Positions 35,690 to 46,521 of a DNA stretch of 64,000 bases are shown here, piece after piece. A program made the position numbers and the translations under genes. The stretch covers positions 1 to 64,000 of IMG/VR virus record IMGVR_UViG_3300042890_001842; one strand, written 5' to 3'. Position 1 is the first letter of the stretch. Every line of letters begins with the position of its first letter. The notes beneath the pieces were generated by a model. The model was given only the letters and a program-made list of their open reading frames with translations, was not told the DNA's origin and did no database searches. This stretch comes from a virus.

Positions 35690-36477
35690 TACTTTGTCAT
35701 CTCATATAACTCAATTTGTACTGTGCCCACTGGAGTGTCTTTGCTGTAGCATTCCTTTTTGATTGGACAGTATGTGCATGGCATTTTAGACTTAGATGCT
35801 CCTGCTGGACGCATTGGTAGATCTCCGTCTTTAAAATTGTCATAAACTTCCTGCATCCACAAAAATGCATCCTCAATAATCTTTTTATTTGTCTCATTCA
35901 TTGAGACTGGAATTATAAGGATCTCCTGTGTGTTCTTGTTCTCATACAAGAAGAATCCTTCTTTAGCATTCTTGAGCTTCATATATGTAAGTAGCTGGAG
36001 CATATGGTTAGTTGAGGATTTCATTTCAGACTGTCTTGTATCCCATACCTCTTGCTTAGCCGTCTTAATTTCTCCAATTACAGTCTCGCCATCATATTCC
36101 ATAATAAGGTCAATGAATCCTCTGATTGGTGGATACTCATTAATAATCTCCTCTTCTTCTGCTCTCCACTCTGGCATAGTTTTAATTAGATTTTGCAATC
36201 TCTCATGAGCTTGAGTTCCCTGTGCCATATTAGCAACAGCAATAGCATCATTATCATCAATAAAAACTGCACCAGAAAAAGCCATGTACCAGTATCTTGG
36301 GCATTTGCCATGACCATAACCAAGTGAGCTTGGGCTAAACGACCTCTTTGTCATTTCTCCGTCTGCACGTTTTGTATTTCTGTATGCCTCATCAAGAAGC
36401 TCAGCAAATTTTTCTGGGTCAAAGAACTTTCCAGTATGCTTTTTAAATTTAAGATTTCTTACTATATCTCTACCCAT
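35689..36477 (-). CDS. Cas4-like PD-(D/E)XK exonuclease
   Basis: SPS..CPR, GT..HE, G.ID, EIKT, Q...Y, C..CP...C. Confidence 0.85.
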   Translation of the reverse strand: MGRDIVRNLKFKKHTGKFFDPEKFAELLDEAYRNTKRADGEMTKRSFSPSSLGYGHGKCPRYWYMAFSGAVFIDDNDAIAVANMAQGTQAHERLQNLIKTMPEWRAEEEEIINEYPPIRGFIDLIMEYDGETVIGEIKTAKQEVWDTRQSEMKSSTNHMLQLLTYMKLKNAKEGFFLYENKNTQEILIIPVSMNETNKKIIEDAFLWMQEVYDNFKDGDLPMRPAGASKSKMPCTYCPIKKECYSKDTPVGTVQIELYEMTK

Positions 36478-36815
36478 TATGAATTATACCTAACGACATA
36501 CTTAAGTGCATCTACAAGTTTGTCTATGGACTCTTTTACTGAATAATAAATGTTCTTTTTATTGTTGTTTGCAGTTCCAGCCTTGTCTTTTGCAATAGTT
36601 GAATATACTGATGCAAGTATAGCAAACTTAGTTGACATTGCTTGAAGTTCCATAATAAGCATTGGCGCTTTTGCAGAAGGAACATCTGGGTTCATTAGTA
36701 GCTTAACTACAATCGCCAGAGTTTTATCAAGATGTTCGTCTTTCATAAAATCATGTAAATCATTAAACTCTGTAATGTCGCTTATTAACTCTAGAGTATT
36801 TTTATCTTGTGTCAT
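36477..36815 (-). CDS. hypothetical protein
   Basis: ORF; likely start MTQDK. Confidence 0.65.
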   Translation of the reverse strand: MTQDKNTLELISDITEFNDLHDFMKDEHLDKTLAIVVKLLMNPDVPSAKAPMLIMELQAMSTKFAILASVYSTIAKDKAGTANNNKKNIYYSVKESIDKLVDALKYVVRYNS

Positions 36816-36973
36816 GAAATAATCCTTTGCACTAATCCATATCCCATCCATAATCCAAATATACCCATCAATCCAGCAAATACAGGAGGTGCTGGAACTG
36901 GGAGTCTAAAAATGCTGAATACCGCACCAACTCCCATACCAGTAATAGTTGTTAAAAATACTTCTTTAATCAT
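36812..36973 (-). CDS. XapX/DUF1427-like small membrane protein
   Basis: Hand translation containing G..VG..FS..LPVPAPP..AG..GI.G. Confidence 0.75.
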   Translation of the reverse strand: MIKEVFLTTITGMGVGAVFSIFRLPVPAPPVFAGLMGIFGLWMGYGLVQRIIS

Positions 36974-37274
36974 GATTCTCCTCATAAAACTGGATCAGTT
37001 CTTCTAAAACTGCCCACTCAATAATTCCAAGACGGACCTTAGAATCTTCACCTATAATAATCTTTAAAGCTGGATGCATGTCTCTGCTTACTTTAAAAGT
37101 GTCTGTGCATATTTTTGACCAAACATCTTTGTTTAAAGTAAATGATCTACCAGCTTCTTTGTAATCTACTAAAAACTGTTTCCACTTTGCATCTCCTTTT
37201 TGATAATCTCCACGCCCACTATTTTTTTGAGCCTTGGCATTATCTCTTTTTACTTCTGATCTCTCTGACATCAA
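36966..37274 (-). CDS. PD-(D/E)XK resolvase-like nuclease
   Basis: NSG.G..KGD...DYK. Confidence 0.6.
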   Translation of the reverse strand: MMSERSEVKRDNAKAQKNSGRGDYQKGDAKWKQFLVDYKEAGRSFTLNKDVWSKICTDTFKVSRDMHPALKIIIGEDSKVRLGIIEWAVLEELIQFYEENHD

Positions 37275-37474
37275 TTTACCTGTACAGAATTATCATGACC
37301 ATTATCACATTTCCAAGTTAATAATAGTCTGTCGGGATCCCACCACCCACCATCCACATCAAGCTCACATTTGCCACAAGGACGAATGCCGTTGAGCTTT
37401 TCCAATGTGGAATGTACTTGCTCAACTACTTCTTCTTTTTTTAAAAACTCATTCAGATCTGGCACGTATCTCAC
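37271..37474 (-). CDS. Zn-binding hypothetical protein
   Basis: CGKC...C..GH. Confidence 0.6.
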   Translation of the reverse strand: MRYVPDLNEFLKKEEVVEQVHSTLEKLNGIRPCGKCELDVDGGWWDPDRLLLTWKCDNGHDNSVQVN

Positions 37475-38456
37475 CTATCAATTTACCAACTACTTCTTTG
37501 TTAGAACGAAGATAATCTACAGCTTTAGCTCTACCTTGAAATCTTTCTTCACCAATAGTATACCAAGCTCCGCCCTTTTGAACAATTCCCATCATCTCTG
37601 CAACATCAAGTGTTTCTCCAACAGTATCTACACCAAGAGCTTCCCCTTGGTAATAAAAGTCGTACTGTCCTGATAGATTTGGGGGGCCAAGCTTGTTGTA
37701 ATCAATAATCCAGTTAACTGGCCTTCCAACCCTTTGTTCAATAATCTTGTCGCCAACTTTAATACCAGCCTTGATAGCATTAGCCTCAGCTTCAGACGAC
37801 CAAAGTTTAATGACTGTAGAAGAAAAGAACTTGACTGCCATGCCACCTGTTGGTATGTGACTAGCATGCATAGATCCAAATTGATTTCGTTGTTGTGAGA
37901 TGAGTACAAGTAATGTGTTTTTGTTTGCATAGTTTAACATCTTGACTGCGTGGGTCATATCCTTTGCTTCAGCGCCGATCTGCTTGGTATCTTGCAGATC
38001 CTTCATTTCATTTCCATCTTTTTCAAAATATATTCCTGGCAAAAGAGCTGAGATGGAATCTACTACAATAAGGTCTACTCCAGCTTCCATTAGCTTTACG
38101 CCAACGTCAACCATATCGTTTACTGTTTTTGCAGAAGAGTATATTAGCGCCTCTGAATCTACGCCAAGTTCTTCTGCCCACTTCTGATCGTATGATGCTT
38201 CTGCATCAATCCAAGCACATGTCTTTCCTTCTTGTTGTGCCAAAGCAATCATCTGTAGACAGAAAGATGACTTTCCAGCAGACTTATTGCCCCAAACAAG
38301 CACTTGTCTTCCATAACCAAGACCACCCTTTAATGCCATATTTAAGCCAATGCTTGGTGTTGCTTGCTTATCAACTTTTACATCTTGTGCTGATTGAACT
38401 CTTGCTCTTGTTTTAGGATCTAATTTAGCTAATATATCGTCTAATGCTATTGTCAT
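37449..38456 (-). CDS. recA: RecA recombinase
   Basis: GNKSAGKS, WIDAE, VVDSI.AL, GG.A.KF.S, GAWY. Confidence 0.95.
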   Translation of the reverse strand: MTIALDDILAKLDPKTRARVQSAQDVKVDKQATPSIGLNMALKGGLGYGRQVLVWGNKSAGKSSFCLQMIALAQQEGKTCAWIDAEASYDQKWAEELGVDSEALIYSSAKTVNDMVDVGVKLMEAGVDLIVVDSISALLPGIYFEKDGNEMKDLQDTKQIGAEAKDMTHAVKMLNYANKNTLLVLISQQRNQFGSMHASHIPTGGMAVKFFSSTVIKLWSSEAEANAIKAGIKVGDKIIEQRVGRPVNWIIDYNKLGPPNLSGQYDFYYQGEALGVDTVGETLDVAEMMGIVQKGGAWYTIGEERFQGRAKAVDYLRSNKEVVGKLIGEIRARSE

Positions 38457-38488
38457 TTTACTCTTTCTTCTCTATAGTATTATATCAT

Positions 38489-38836
38489 TTAGAATAGGTT
38501 GCCGTGAAGGGCTGGGCGTAACTTATTTTTTTCTATTTTGTTATTTAAAATTTCATCTAAACTATGAGTAACTGTTTCTTCATTTCTCATTGCTGCATAT
38601 ACATCTAGAAGCCTGATAATAACATCTGCCATTTCTTCTACAACTTCTTGAGACCCTTTGTTTTTACGGATAGCTTCCAAAACCTCAGTAACTTCCGAAT
38701 GTACGAGAGCCAATTTATTACCAATCTTGTCATGTGTATATTCGCCATGCCAAAATCCTTTTTCAATAGCAGTCTCATGTAGTACTGCAGATAATGCGTC
38801 TAAACCGTATTCAGTAACAATTTGATTACTATTCAT
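38489..38836 (-). CDS. MazG-like NTP pyrophosphohydrolase
   Basis: HSEVTE.LEA.RK...EEMADVIIR.LD. Confidence 0.85.
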   Translation of the reverse strand: MNSNQIVTEYGLDALSAVLHETAIEKGFWHGEYTHDKIGNKLALVHSEVTEVLEAIRKNKGSQEVVEEMADVIIRLLDVYAAMRNEETVTHSLDEILNNKIEKNKLRPALHGNLF

Positions 38837-39017
38837 CTTTATTCCTTAAGCTAAACTTAAACGTCAAATTTTGATCGTCATAGTCAACAACTAACTCTTT
38901 ATCTTCATTTTTTGCATTTATAAATTTATCTGTTTTAACTTCAAGTGTTCCATATTCTTCAAGCAATGCAACCAATATCTTATTTAAAGATAAAGATTGG
39001 ATAATTTCTTCTGTCAT
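38829..39017 (-). CDS. hypothetical protein
   Basis: Coupled ORF. Confidence 0.6.
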   Translation of the reverse strand: MTEEIIQSLSLNKILVALLEEYGTLEVKTDKFINAKNEDKELVVDYDDQNLTFKFSLRNKDE

Positions 39018-42000
39018 TTTATCTCCTTAATCATAAAAGTCCCGTCATCTAGTTTAGATAAAACTGGGTTACAAACCATTCCATCTCTCATTTTTGCTAG
39101 AGTTATTTTATACATAGTCGGAAATGCAATTGCTCTGACTAAATTCTTATCTTTATCCGTCATTACAATATGAGACATAGTCTTTCCAGCCTTTGTTTGA
39201 TACGGCGTAAAGTTAATAACCATCTTTTCATTTTCATCTATATCGTATTGTTTCCTATATAGAAAATCTACAAATATATCTTTTGAGTCAGGGGTTACAT
39301 CATTTACATCAACGTATCTAGCTATTCTGTTATCTCCAACCAATATAAAGTACATCTTGCCAGACTCAATCTTTGTCTGTTCATGATCGAATAATCCAAT
39401 GCTGCCCGTCTCGTCAACCAACTCGACACGAGCCCAACCCTTTCCACGCTTAATACTCTTAACCATACCAAACATTACAAAGGATCCAATTGGATCAAAT
39501 TGATCAATTGTTAAAGCTTGAGCCTTAATTCTTGGAGGAATATTCTTTAACTCAAAAGAAGGTATACCAAGAAACTCATAATAGTTTTCTTTTTCTTTAC
39601 CCGTTCTTAAGTTATCTTCAAATGCTGCTCCGCCAATTGCATTCAATGAGCTTATTGCTCTGCTGTTAATACCACTACCTTTTTTTGAAGCCTTATCTAC
39701 AAAGTCTTTATATGTCTTGTATGGCCTATTCTCAATAATCTTATTAGCAATGCTATCTGAAATGTATTTGATTTCTGCTAGCCCAAACATTAAAGAGTCT
39801 TTTTGTAAAGAGAAATATACCTCTGACTCATTTATATGTGGAAGCTTAACCTTTAATCCAAGTCTTTTTGCCTCAATCAGATATTCTGTTCTTGTGTCTT
39901 TGTCTCCTTCGTTTTTGAGCGCTGCGAAAATAAACTCCAAAGGATAATGTAACTTAAGCCAAGCGGTATAATAAGAAAGCATAGAGTAAGCAACAGCGTG
40001 AGACCTATTGAACGAGTATCCAGCATGTGCCTCAAAGTCGTGCCAAAGTCTTTCTGCTTGCTTTTTTGAAATATGCTTTGAAGCACCTTCGACAAACTTA
40101 TCTTTGAACTGATCGAATTCTTTTGCATCTTTCTTCTTTCCAATGATCTTTCTAACCTTGTCTGCCTCAGACCAAGTCATTCCACCCAAGTGTACGCATG
40201 CCTGCATAACCTGTTCCTGATAAATAATCACACCATAAGTATTTTTTGTAAATGGCTGCATTATAGGATGAACATACTCTGTAGCCTCTTTGCCATTCTT
40301 TCTATTGATGTATGAAGCACCTACTGTATTCATGGCTCCTGGACGTACTAGGGCATTTGAAACAACAAGGTCTTCAAATTCATTTGCGCCCATCTTTATC
40401 AATAGGTTTGTATATGGCGTTGCTTCGGCTTGAAATACACCTTTAGTATAACCATCGCTCAACATCTTAAATACGTTTGCATCATTAAAGTTTATCTTAG
40501 CAAGTTCTATCTTCTTGCCCGTTCTTTTATTTACGGAAGCAATTGTATCTGAAATTACAGAAAGGCACTTAAGGCCTAGAGCATCAAGCTTGATCAGTCC
40601 AATATCAGCAACAGTGTCCATATCATATGCTATAACTGGGATTCTACCAGAAGCCTTATCTTCACGATCTTCTCTTGTTTCAACAGGGCCATAGTTTCTT
40701 AAGTCATCCTTTGCAACAATTACTCCAGCTGCGTGGATTCCAGTGCTTCTAATCTTTCCACGTAGTCTTTCAGCAAGCCATGTTACTTCTGGATACTTAA
40801 GTCTAAACTCTTTTGTATTTGGTGAAGATACGTATTCCTCAAATGTGTCAACAGATTTTAATGCATGATTAACTTCTCCAAGAGGAATCATAAAGGCACG
40901 AGCAGCATCTCTAATAACTCCCTTATCTTTAAAATAAGTAAAGGTAGAAATAGAGGCAACATATTTAAATTTCTTTTTTAAATATTCCTTTACCTCTTTA
41001 CGACGACGGTCTTCAAAGTCTGTATCGATATCAGGAAAGTCATTTCTATCTGGGTTGATAAATCGGAAAAACAGTAAGTCATACTCAATTGGATCTACAT
41101 CTGTAATTCCTAATGAATAACAAGTTAATGATCCAGCAGCAGAACCACGTCCTGGACCAACCATAATATTATTTTCTTTAGCCCAATTGATCATGTCTGC
41201 TACGATAAGAAAGTAGGAAGCAAAGTTCTTGTCCTTGATTACAGAAAGCTCTTCTTCTAAACGATTGATATATACTTCGTCTAAATCTTTGCCTATCTTC
41301 TTTAGTCCAGCATAAGACAACTCTCTCAACTTGTCATCCGCATCAGTCTTTGGTACTGGAAGTAGGTCTAAGTTTTTATGAAGATCATAATCCTTAATCT
41401 TGTCTGCCACCTCTAAAGTGTTATCAAATATATCTGTTCTATTTATTCCAGAGGTCTTAAAGTCTGCTTCAATTTCTTCACGAGTTTGCATAAACAAATT
41501 CATGCCCTTGAATGTCATTCTACGATCAGGATAAAGATAATCAAATCTATCAGACATATCATTCATTTGTCTAGACATGTCAAAGTCTGCATCCTTGTTC
41601 ATCTTAGGATTAGTAGAGATAATCAACAAAGCCTCTTCTAAAAGCCTATCCTCTTCTTTTGCATAATGCATATCGCTTGTAGCAATTGGCTTTATCTCAA
41701 GCTCGTCTGCTAGTTCTAAAAGAGATGAGTTTATTTCTGGCGGGTTATGAGATTGTACTTCAACATAAAAATCATCTTGAAAGATTTTCTTAAAATCTTT
41801 GAGCATAAGTCGTGCTTCAGACAGATCTCCTTTACTAATAGCCTTGCTAACAAGTCCATTAAGACATCCAGACAATACAATAATGCCTTCTGCATATTCC
41901 TTTAAAACCTCTCTATCAATTCTTGGCTTTGAGTAAAAGCCTTCTGTCCATGCTATCTCTTGCAGCTTATGGATATTGCTTAAACCCTTTTTGTTTTTTG

Positions 42001-42283
42001 CCAACAAAATAATATGGTTGTAAGCCTGAATACTCTTATCTTTAAATGATGACCTATCAAATCTATCAGTTGGAGAAATATATGCCTCTACCCCAAGGAT
42101 TGGCTTAATGCCATGCTCTTTACAAGCAATTTGCATATCACGATGAGATGACAATGTTCCATGATCTGTAATTGCAATTGCTGACATGCCTAGGGCTTTT
42201 GCCTGCTTTGCAATCTCGTCTGGTGAGTTCAAGCCATCCATCATTGAATAATGAGAATGTACGTGTAAATGTATAAAGTTCAT
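39014..42283 (-). CDS. dnaE: DNA polymerase III alpha subunit
   Basis: HLHVHS.YS..DG, TDHG, GRGSAAGS, PDIDTD, HAAG, Y.FNRSHA. Confidence 0.97.
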   Translation of the reverse strand: MNFIHLHVHSHYSMMDGLNSPDEIAKQAKALGMSAIAITDHGTLSSHRDMQIACKEHGIKPILGVEAYISPTDRFDRSSFKDKSIQAYNHIILLAKNKKGLSNIHKLQEIAWTEGFYSKPRIDREVLKEYAEGIIVLSGCLNGLVSKAISKGDLSEARLMLKDFKKIFQDDFYVEVQSHNPPEINSSLLELADELEIKPIATSDMHYAKEEDRLLEEALLIISTNPKMNKDADFDMSRQMNDMSDRFDYLYPDRRMTFKGMNLFMQTREEIEADFKTSGINRTDIFDNTLEVADKIKDYDLHKNLDLLPVPKTDADDKLRELSYAGLKKIGKDLDEVYINRLEEELSVIKDKNFASYFLIVADMINWAKENNIMVGPGRGSAAGSLTCYSLGITDVDPIEYDLLFFRFINPDRNDFPDIDTDFEDRRRKEVKEYLKKKFKYVASISTFTYFKDKGVIRDAARAFMIPLGEVNHALKSVDTFEEYVSSPNTKEFRLKYPEVTWLAERLRGKIRSTGIHAAGVIVAKDDLRNYGPVETREDREDKASGRIPVIAYDMDTVADIGLIKLDALGLKCLSVISDTIASVNKRTGKKIELAKINFNDANVFKMLSDGYTKGVFQAEATPYTNLLIKMGANEFEDLVVSNALVRPGAMNTVGASYINRKNGKEATEYVHPIMQPFTKNTYGVIIYQEQVMQACVHLGGMTWSEADKVRKIIGKKKDAKEFDQFKDKFVEGASKHISKKQAERLWHDFEAHAGYSFNRSHAVAYSMLSYYTAWLKLHYPLEFIFAALKNEGDKDTRTEYLIEAKRLGLKVKLPHINESEVYFSLQKDSLMFGLAEIKYISDSIANKIIENRPYKTYKDFVDKASKKGSGINSRAISSLNAIGGAAFEDNLRTGKEKENYYEFLGIPSFELKNIPPRIKAQALTIDQFDPIGSFVMFGMVKSIKRGKGWARVELVDETGSIGLFDHEQTKIESGKMYFILVGDNRIARYVDVNDVTPDSKDIFVDFLYRKQYDIDENEKMVINFTPYQTKAGKTMSHIVMTDKDKNLVRAIAFPTMYKITLAKMRDGMVCNPVLSKLDDGTFMIKEIK

Positions 42284-42296
42284 AACCGCCTTTGAA

Positions 42297-42318
42297 ATGG
42301 GGGCCCGTAGGCCCCCAT
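42297..42318. terminator. hairpin between SSB and dnaE
   Basis: atgggggcc-cgta-ggcccccat. Confidence 0.65.
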
Positions 42319-42322
42319 CATA

Positions 42323-42994
42323 TTACCAATCTAAGCTGCTACTTGAAGCAGAAGACTCTTCTGTGTTGCTAGTTTCTCCAGTATAAAAAGCTTCTTGCTC
42401 TGCATACGGTACGTGACGAACTGCTGTCTTTTCTAAATCAAATAGTTCTAGACCAGAAAAATCAAATGGTGTTTCATCCTTTGCTAACGGAATAATTGTG
42501 TAACTGGTATCAGTCTTAGATCCGTTTCGCTTGATTCTCCACATAAGATTAGTAATGCTTCCAATCTCACCAGCATATTCAATTAGTGTAGGTGTAATTG
42601 TTTTACCGCTTGTTCCTTGAGAAAGAATTGCTACATATGGCTCTTCTTTTCCGTCATCAACAAGAACATTAATGTAAAGGCGTGTACGTGCCTTCCATCC
42701 TGCCTTTGGGTCCTTGCGATGCTGTTCATTAGCCCAGTCACGACCTTCTGTTTCCATAGTGTCTAGAGCCTTACGACGATAGTCTGCAGGATTAGTATGT
42801 TCCAATGCGATAAATCCACAGCCAAGCTTATCGTTATAATTTGGTGAATCTGGGTCTAGTTCTTGGAGGAATCGAATCTTTACGCTCTCTCCATCTTCAA
42901 CCTTTAGCCAACGTGCTTTGTTTTCATCCCCACCGCTGTAGGTAGGCTTATCTAGTGCTTTGTTTAAGTCTTTTAGACCTTTTACTATACTCAT
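42323..42994 (-). CDS. single-stranded DNA-binding protein (gp32-like)
   Basis: K..DGES..IRFL; R.G..TDT.Y; acidic/Ser tail; position in replication block. Confidence 0.7.
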   Translation of the reverse strand: MSIVKGLKDLNKALDKPTYSGGDENKARWLKVEDGESVKIRFLQELDPDSPNYNDKLGCGFIALEHTNPADYRRKALDTMETEGRDWANEQHRKDPKAGWKARTRLYINVLVDDGKEEPYVAILSQGTSGKTITPTLIEYAGEIGSITNLMWRIKRNGSKTDTSYTIIPLAKDETPFDFSGLELFDLEKTAVRHVPYAEQEAFYTGETSNTEESSASSSSLDW

Positions 42995-43045
42995 ATTATC
43001 TCCTTATATATTTGACGGTATAAATCCGTCTGTTCTTTTATTATA

Positions 43046-44044
43046 TCACGAGTTCCAAGATCTGTATTCTATATCAGATACAGAGTTTTTGATACAGGCT
43101 TTAATCTCTTCATCAGTCATATCGCCTACATCTTTTGCATCATGTGGGTATATCTTACCATATTCGTAAGAAGCCCACAAGATGTCCTTATTTTTTAGTC
43201 TAGAAGCAATGCTTAATCCAAGCTCTCTTCCAGCTAAATCTGAGTCTGTCATTATAGTAATCCTATTAAAATATCTATTTAACAGGAATATGTTTTCTTT
43301 AGACAGGTGTCCTCCAAGTGTAGCAACTACATTTGGAAATCCCGCCTGATGTACACGTATCGCATCAAAGCTAGACTCAACAATGATTACATGTTCACCA
43401 ATTCTTTTAGCCCTATGTATATTGAACATAGTCTTATTCTTTGGCAAGTTTGTGCTATTCTTAAATACTTTTTCTTTTATTGATCTCCCAACAAGACCTA
43501 CTGGCATTCCATCTGGACTATGTACTGGAACAATGACCATGCCCATTTTGTTTGAATATCCCAACTTAAAATGTTTCATAGATTCTTCATTGATTCCACG
43601 AGATACAAAATAATCTTTAGCTTCTTGAGATCCACCAAGCTCAACGTATAGGTTGTCTAAAGTTTGCTGTGGAAACTCTTGAAAGTCTGGCTTTTCTTCA
43701 AGTACTGAGTTTAGGGTATCTTCAAACATGTCATCTGCACTTGGTTTTTTTGAAAGTATAAACCTTAAAGTTTCAAACTCATTTTTACCTAATATCTTCT
43801 TTACTAATTCTTTTATGCCACCAGCTTCTCCACATGAAGGGTTAAAGCATATCCATGCTCCAGTTTCTTCACTAATATAAAAGCATGCAGTATGTGTATT
43901 ATTGTGAAATGGGCAGTACAAGATGATGTTGTTATTAGACTCACCAACAATATTAAGGCCTAAGCCTTTTACTACTGCCTTGATTTGTCTAGGGGGATAG
44001 AGCGAGGTATCAGCTTGTTTTGAGATATTCCCTCTGTCTGCCAT
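43046..44044 (-). CDS. dnaG: DNA primase
   Basis: CPFH Zn finger; TOPRIM VE..FD, DSD.AG, KD.GD. Confidence 0.9.
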   Translation of the reverse strand: MADRGNISKQADTSLYPPRQIKAVVKGLGLNIVGESNNNIILYCPFHNNTHTACFYISEETGAWICFNPSCGEAGGIKELVKKILGKNEFETLRFILSKKPSADDMFEDTLNSVLEEKPDFQEFPQQTLDNLYVELGGSQEAKDYFVSRGINEESMKHFKLGYSNKMGMVIVPVHSPDGMPVGLVGRSIKEKVFKNSTNLPKNKTMFNIHRAKRIGEHVIIVESSFDAIRVHQAGFPNVVATLGGHLSKENIFLLNRYFNRITIMTDSDLAGRELGLSIASRLKNKDILWASYEYGKIYPHDAKDVGDMTDEEIKACIKNSVSDIEYRSWNS

Positions 44045-44271
44045 GACTTCTTCTTTCCTACATATACACCATGGATAGTCATTATGAATTTCCATGTCTC
44101 GCCTGTGAATTCTACCGAAAAGGCTGGGTCTATGTCAAGTACTCTGACATATCCCTTCCCTCTCATATCTTGAACTAGCAAATTCTCATACTGTGGTCTT
44201 AAACTAATTAACTGTGCATTGTCATAAAACTTTACATCAATTTGGAATCTTTTAATTTTTCGATGAGTCAC
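43972..44271 (-). CDS. hypothetical protein
   Basis: ORF between helicase and primase. Confidence 0.65.
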   Translation of the reverse strand: MTHRKIKRFQIDVKFYDNAQLISLRPQYENLLVQDMRGKGYVRVLDIDPAFSVEFTGETWKFIMTIHGVYVGKKKSWQTEGISQNKLIPRSIPLDKSRQ

Positions 44272-45502
44272 TGTTTAGCTCTGGCAAATTCTCATATATT
44301 GGAGTGATAACTCCACGATTAATATCCCAATCAAGATAAAAATCAAACTCTGAGCCGTGACGATTCTTTCTGCTAACTACCTCAATCATATTTGTATTGG
44401 TATACTTATGAATCGCAATAGCCATATCAGCATCATACTCAATTGCTTTAGACCAAGCAACTTGAGACAACATTGGAGGAGCATCTTGATCTGAGATATC
44501 ATCCATTGTTGCAGCAGTAATATCAATAACTGGAATACCATTTGTCATTGCAAGCATTTTAAACTCACGAGAGATATTCATATTACGTTCAGTTGCACCT
44601 TGGCTTCTCTTTGTATCTGAAAACAGCTGGTGGTAATCTAGAATAACTAAATCTGGCTTATGCTGATCAATCTTTGCCTGAACAGTATTAGCACTCACCT
44701 CACCCATACCCTCATTTGAAACTAAAATGAATCCGTTTTTATTCTCAAATTTTTTATTACCCCAAGATCTTAAGCTGTCAATATTTACATCTCCCTTTGC
44801 AAAATCACTTGCTTTGAATAAGCCAGAGCCCATCATTGTATAAATACGGTTACGCATATCTTCAGGTGACATTTCAAGCGATATAATCATTGGCTTGAAG
44901 CCTTGTTCCCATGCCTTACATGCAAGGTAAGATGTAAACCACGTCTTACCACGACCTGGCCAACCAATAGCAACAATTAAATGTCCTGGAGCCATACCTG
45001 TAGGATATGCTTTATCAATAGCATCAAACCCAGTTAGAATTCCTGGGCTTCCGCCCATTACTGCAGATCTTTCTTTAACTGACTTAAAGTGTTGTTCTGC
45101 TAAATCAATATCTGTAACATCAACATCTCTTACAGCATTTGTAAACTTTGAAAGACTAACTAGCTTACCTTGCAAATCTACAAGAACTCTTGCAGCAGCA
45201 TCTTCTTTTAACGCTGATCCAGATTGAATTAATATACTCTTTAGTTTATTTGAGATATATTCATTCTTCAAGGTATCTAAATAATATCCAGTCTCTGCAC
45301 TTGTCTTAGCTGGCTCAAAGTCCTTGAATCTTTCCATAAGAATTCCTACATCTGGAACTGCTTTAAACTTATAATAGTAAGACTTTAGTCCATCCCATAC
45401 GTCTCTATGGGAAACAAATAGCTCATCTACATTCTCTGCCAACAAAGTACTGATGTCTTTGTTGTGACATACTGCTGAGATTAATGTTGCTTCTGTATTC
45501 AT
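44252..45502 (-). CDS. dnaB: replicative DnaB-like helicase
   Basis: GWPGRGKT, SLEM, LDY.QL, IEYDAD, KNRHG. Confidence 0.92.
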   Translation of the reverse strand: MNTEATLISAVCHNKDISTLLAENVDELFVSHRDVWDGLKSYYYKFKAVPDVGILMERFKDFEPAKTSAETGYYLDTLKNEYISNKLKSILIQSGSALKEDAAARVLVDLQGKLVSLSKFTNAVRDVDVTDIDLAEQHFKSVKERSAVMGGSPGILTGFDAIDKAYPTGMAPGHLIVAIGWPGRGKTWFTSYLACKAWEQGFKPMIISLEMSPEDMRNRIYTMMGSGLFKASDFAKGDVNIDSLRSWGNKKFENKNGFILVSNEGMGEVSANTVQAKIDQHKPDLVILDYHQLFSDTKRSQGATERNMNISREFKMLAMTNGIPVIDITAATMDDISDQDAPPMLSQVAWSKAIEYDADMAIAIHKYTNTNMIEVVSRKNRHGSEFDFYLDWDINRGVITPIYENLPELNSDSSKN

Positions 45503-45822
45503 TATTCTCCGCTCTCAACTAATTTCTTAGTAGCTTCTCGCAATTTGCGCCGCCTTTCTTCATCTTTAGCCTGTGCTTCCATCATTCCAGCCATTCTATC
45601 AAAGTTGTTAAAGAAGAAGTTAAGTGGGTGTCCAGCTTTAGATACTCCAAAATAATAATGTAACAGCTTAGAGGCTTCTTCAAATCCTACGCTATCAATA
45701 ACATCTTGCATGGCCCACTTCTCACGAAACTTATTTATTGTCACAGCCTTGTTGTATTTCTCTTTGTATAAGTTCTGATACAGAGTAAGCAGCACATATG
45801 GGTCTTTATTTTTTACGGCCAT
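45502..45822 (-). CDS. hypothetical protein
   Basis: Coupled to dnaB. Confidence 0.65.
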   Translation of the reverse strand: MAVKNKDPYVLLTLYQNLYKEKYNKAVTINKFREKWAMQDVIDSVGFEEASKLLHYYFGVSKAGHPLNFFFNNFDRMAGMMEAQAKDEERRRKLREATKKLVESGE

Positions 45823-46042
45823 TGAGCTCTTCTTCTACTTCACGAGTTTTTTGAATTAGCTTATCTTCAACAAACTTATATACACGTTCTGTAGCAGATT
45901 CAACATTCTCACCATTCCTGATAGAGTCTTCTACGCCAATCCCTATTTTAATACTTTCATAGTTACCTAAATTTCGTGTAAAAGATAAATCCACTTTAAC
46001 ACGAGTAGGTTCATTGGTTACAACATATGATTCTGACATCAT
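45806..46042 (-). CDS. hypothetical protein
   Basis: T.NLGNYES.K motif. Confidence 0.65.
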   Translation of the reverse strand: MMSESYVVTNEPTRVKVDLSFTRNLGNYESIKIGIGVEDSIRNGENVESATERVYKFVEDKLIQKTREVEEELNGRKK

Positions 46043-46521
46043 TCCGCCTTCCATACTGGTATAAACTTGCCTTCAGAACTCTTAGTATACAATATAACAT
46101 TATTTTTGAGAAGAGCCTTGAGTTCATTTCTTGAAGGCAATTCTTTTGAGTATCCTGAATCTAATATAAATTCATGCAAATCTAATATATCAGATTCACT
46201 AAACATAAATTTAGACCATGTGCTTTCTGGATTTCCGATTGGGTATACTCTTTGAGGAACTTTTATCTTTCCATCTAAAATATAATCCTCTAAAGTAACC
46301 TTATGCCTATCAAGAATTTTTGCTACCTCTGAAGTTGAGTATGCGTTCTCCATATTCTTCTTTACTTGAGAATATGGGTACAGCACTCTTTTTCTATCTG
46401 GGTAACACCAAGCTATCAATTCATCTTTTGATCTGTTGCTTCTTAGTACTTTATGGATTTTACCATTTAAGAAGAAATAGACAAACTTTTTTGATATTGG
46501 TTTTCTCTGTTTTCTAGCCAT
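46039..46521 (-). CDS. MerR-like HTH DNA-binding protein
   Basis: YSTSEVAKIL.RH..TL..Y. Confidence 0.7.
   Translation of the reverse strand: MARKQRKPISKKFVYFFLNGKIHKVLRSNRSKDELIAWCYPDRKRVLYPYSQVKKNMENAYSTSEVAKILDRHKVTLEDYILDGKIKVPQRVYPIGNPESTWSKFMFSESDILDLHEFILDSGYSKELPSRNELKALLKNNVILYTKSSEGKFIPVWKAE

Noticed and set aside
35689-36477. Cas4-like nuclease as part of a CRISPR system
   Set aside because: No repeat-spacer array or other cas genes seen; solo Cas4-like nucleases are common in phage recombination blocks
39014-42283. Intein or intron in dnaE (also considered for terminase, dnaB and recA)
   Set aside because: Lengths are normal and no splice motifs are evident
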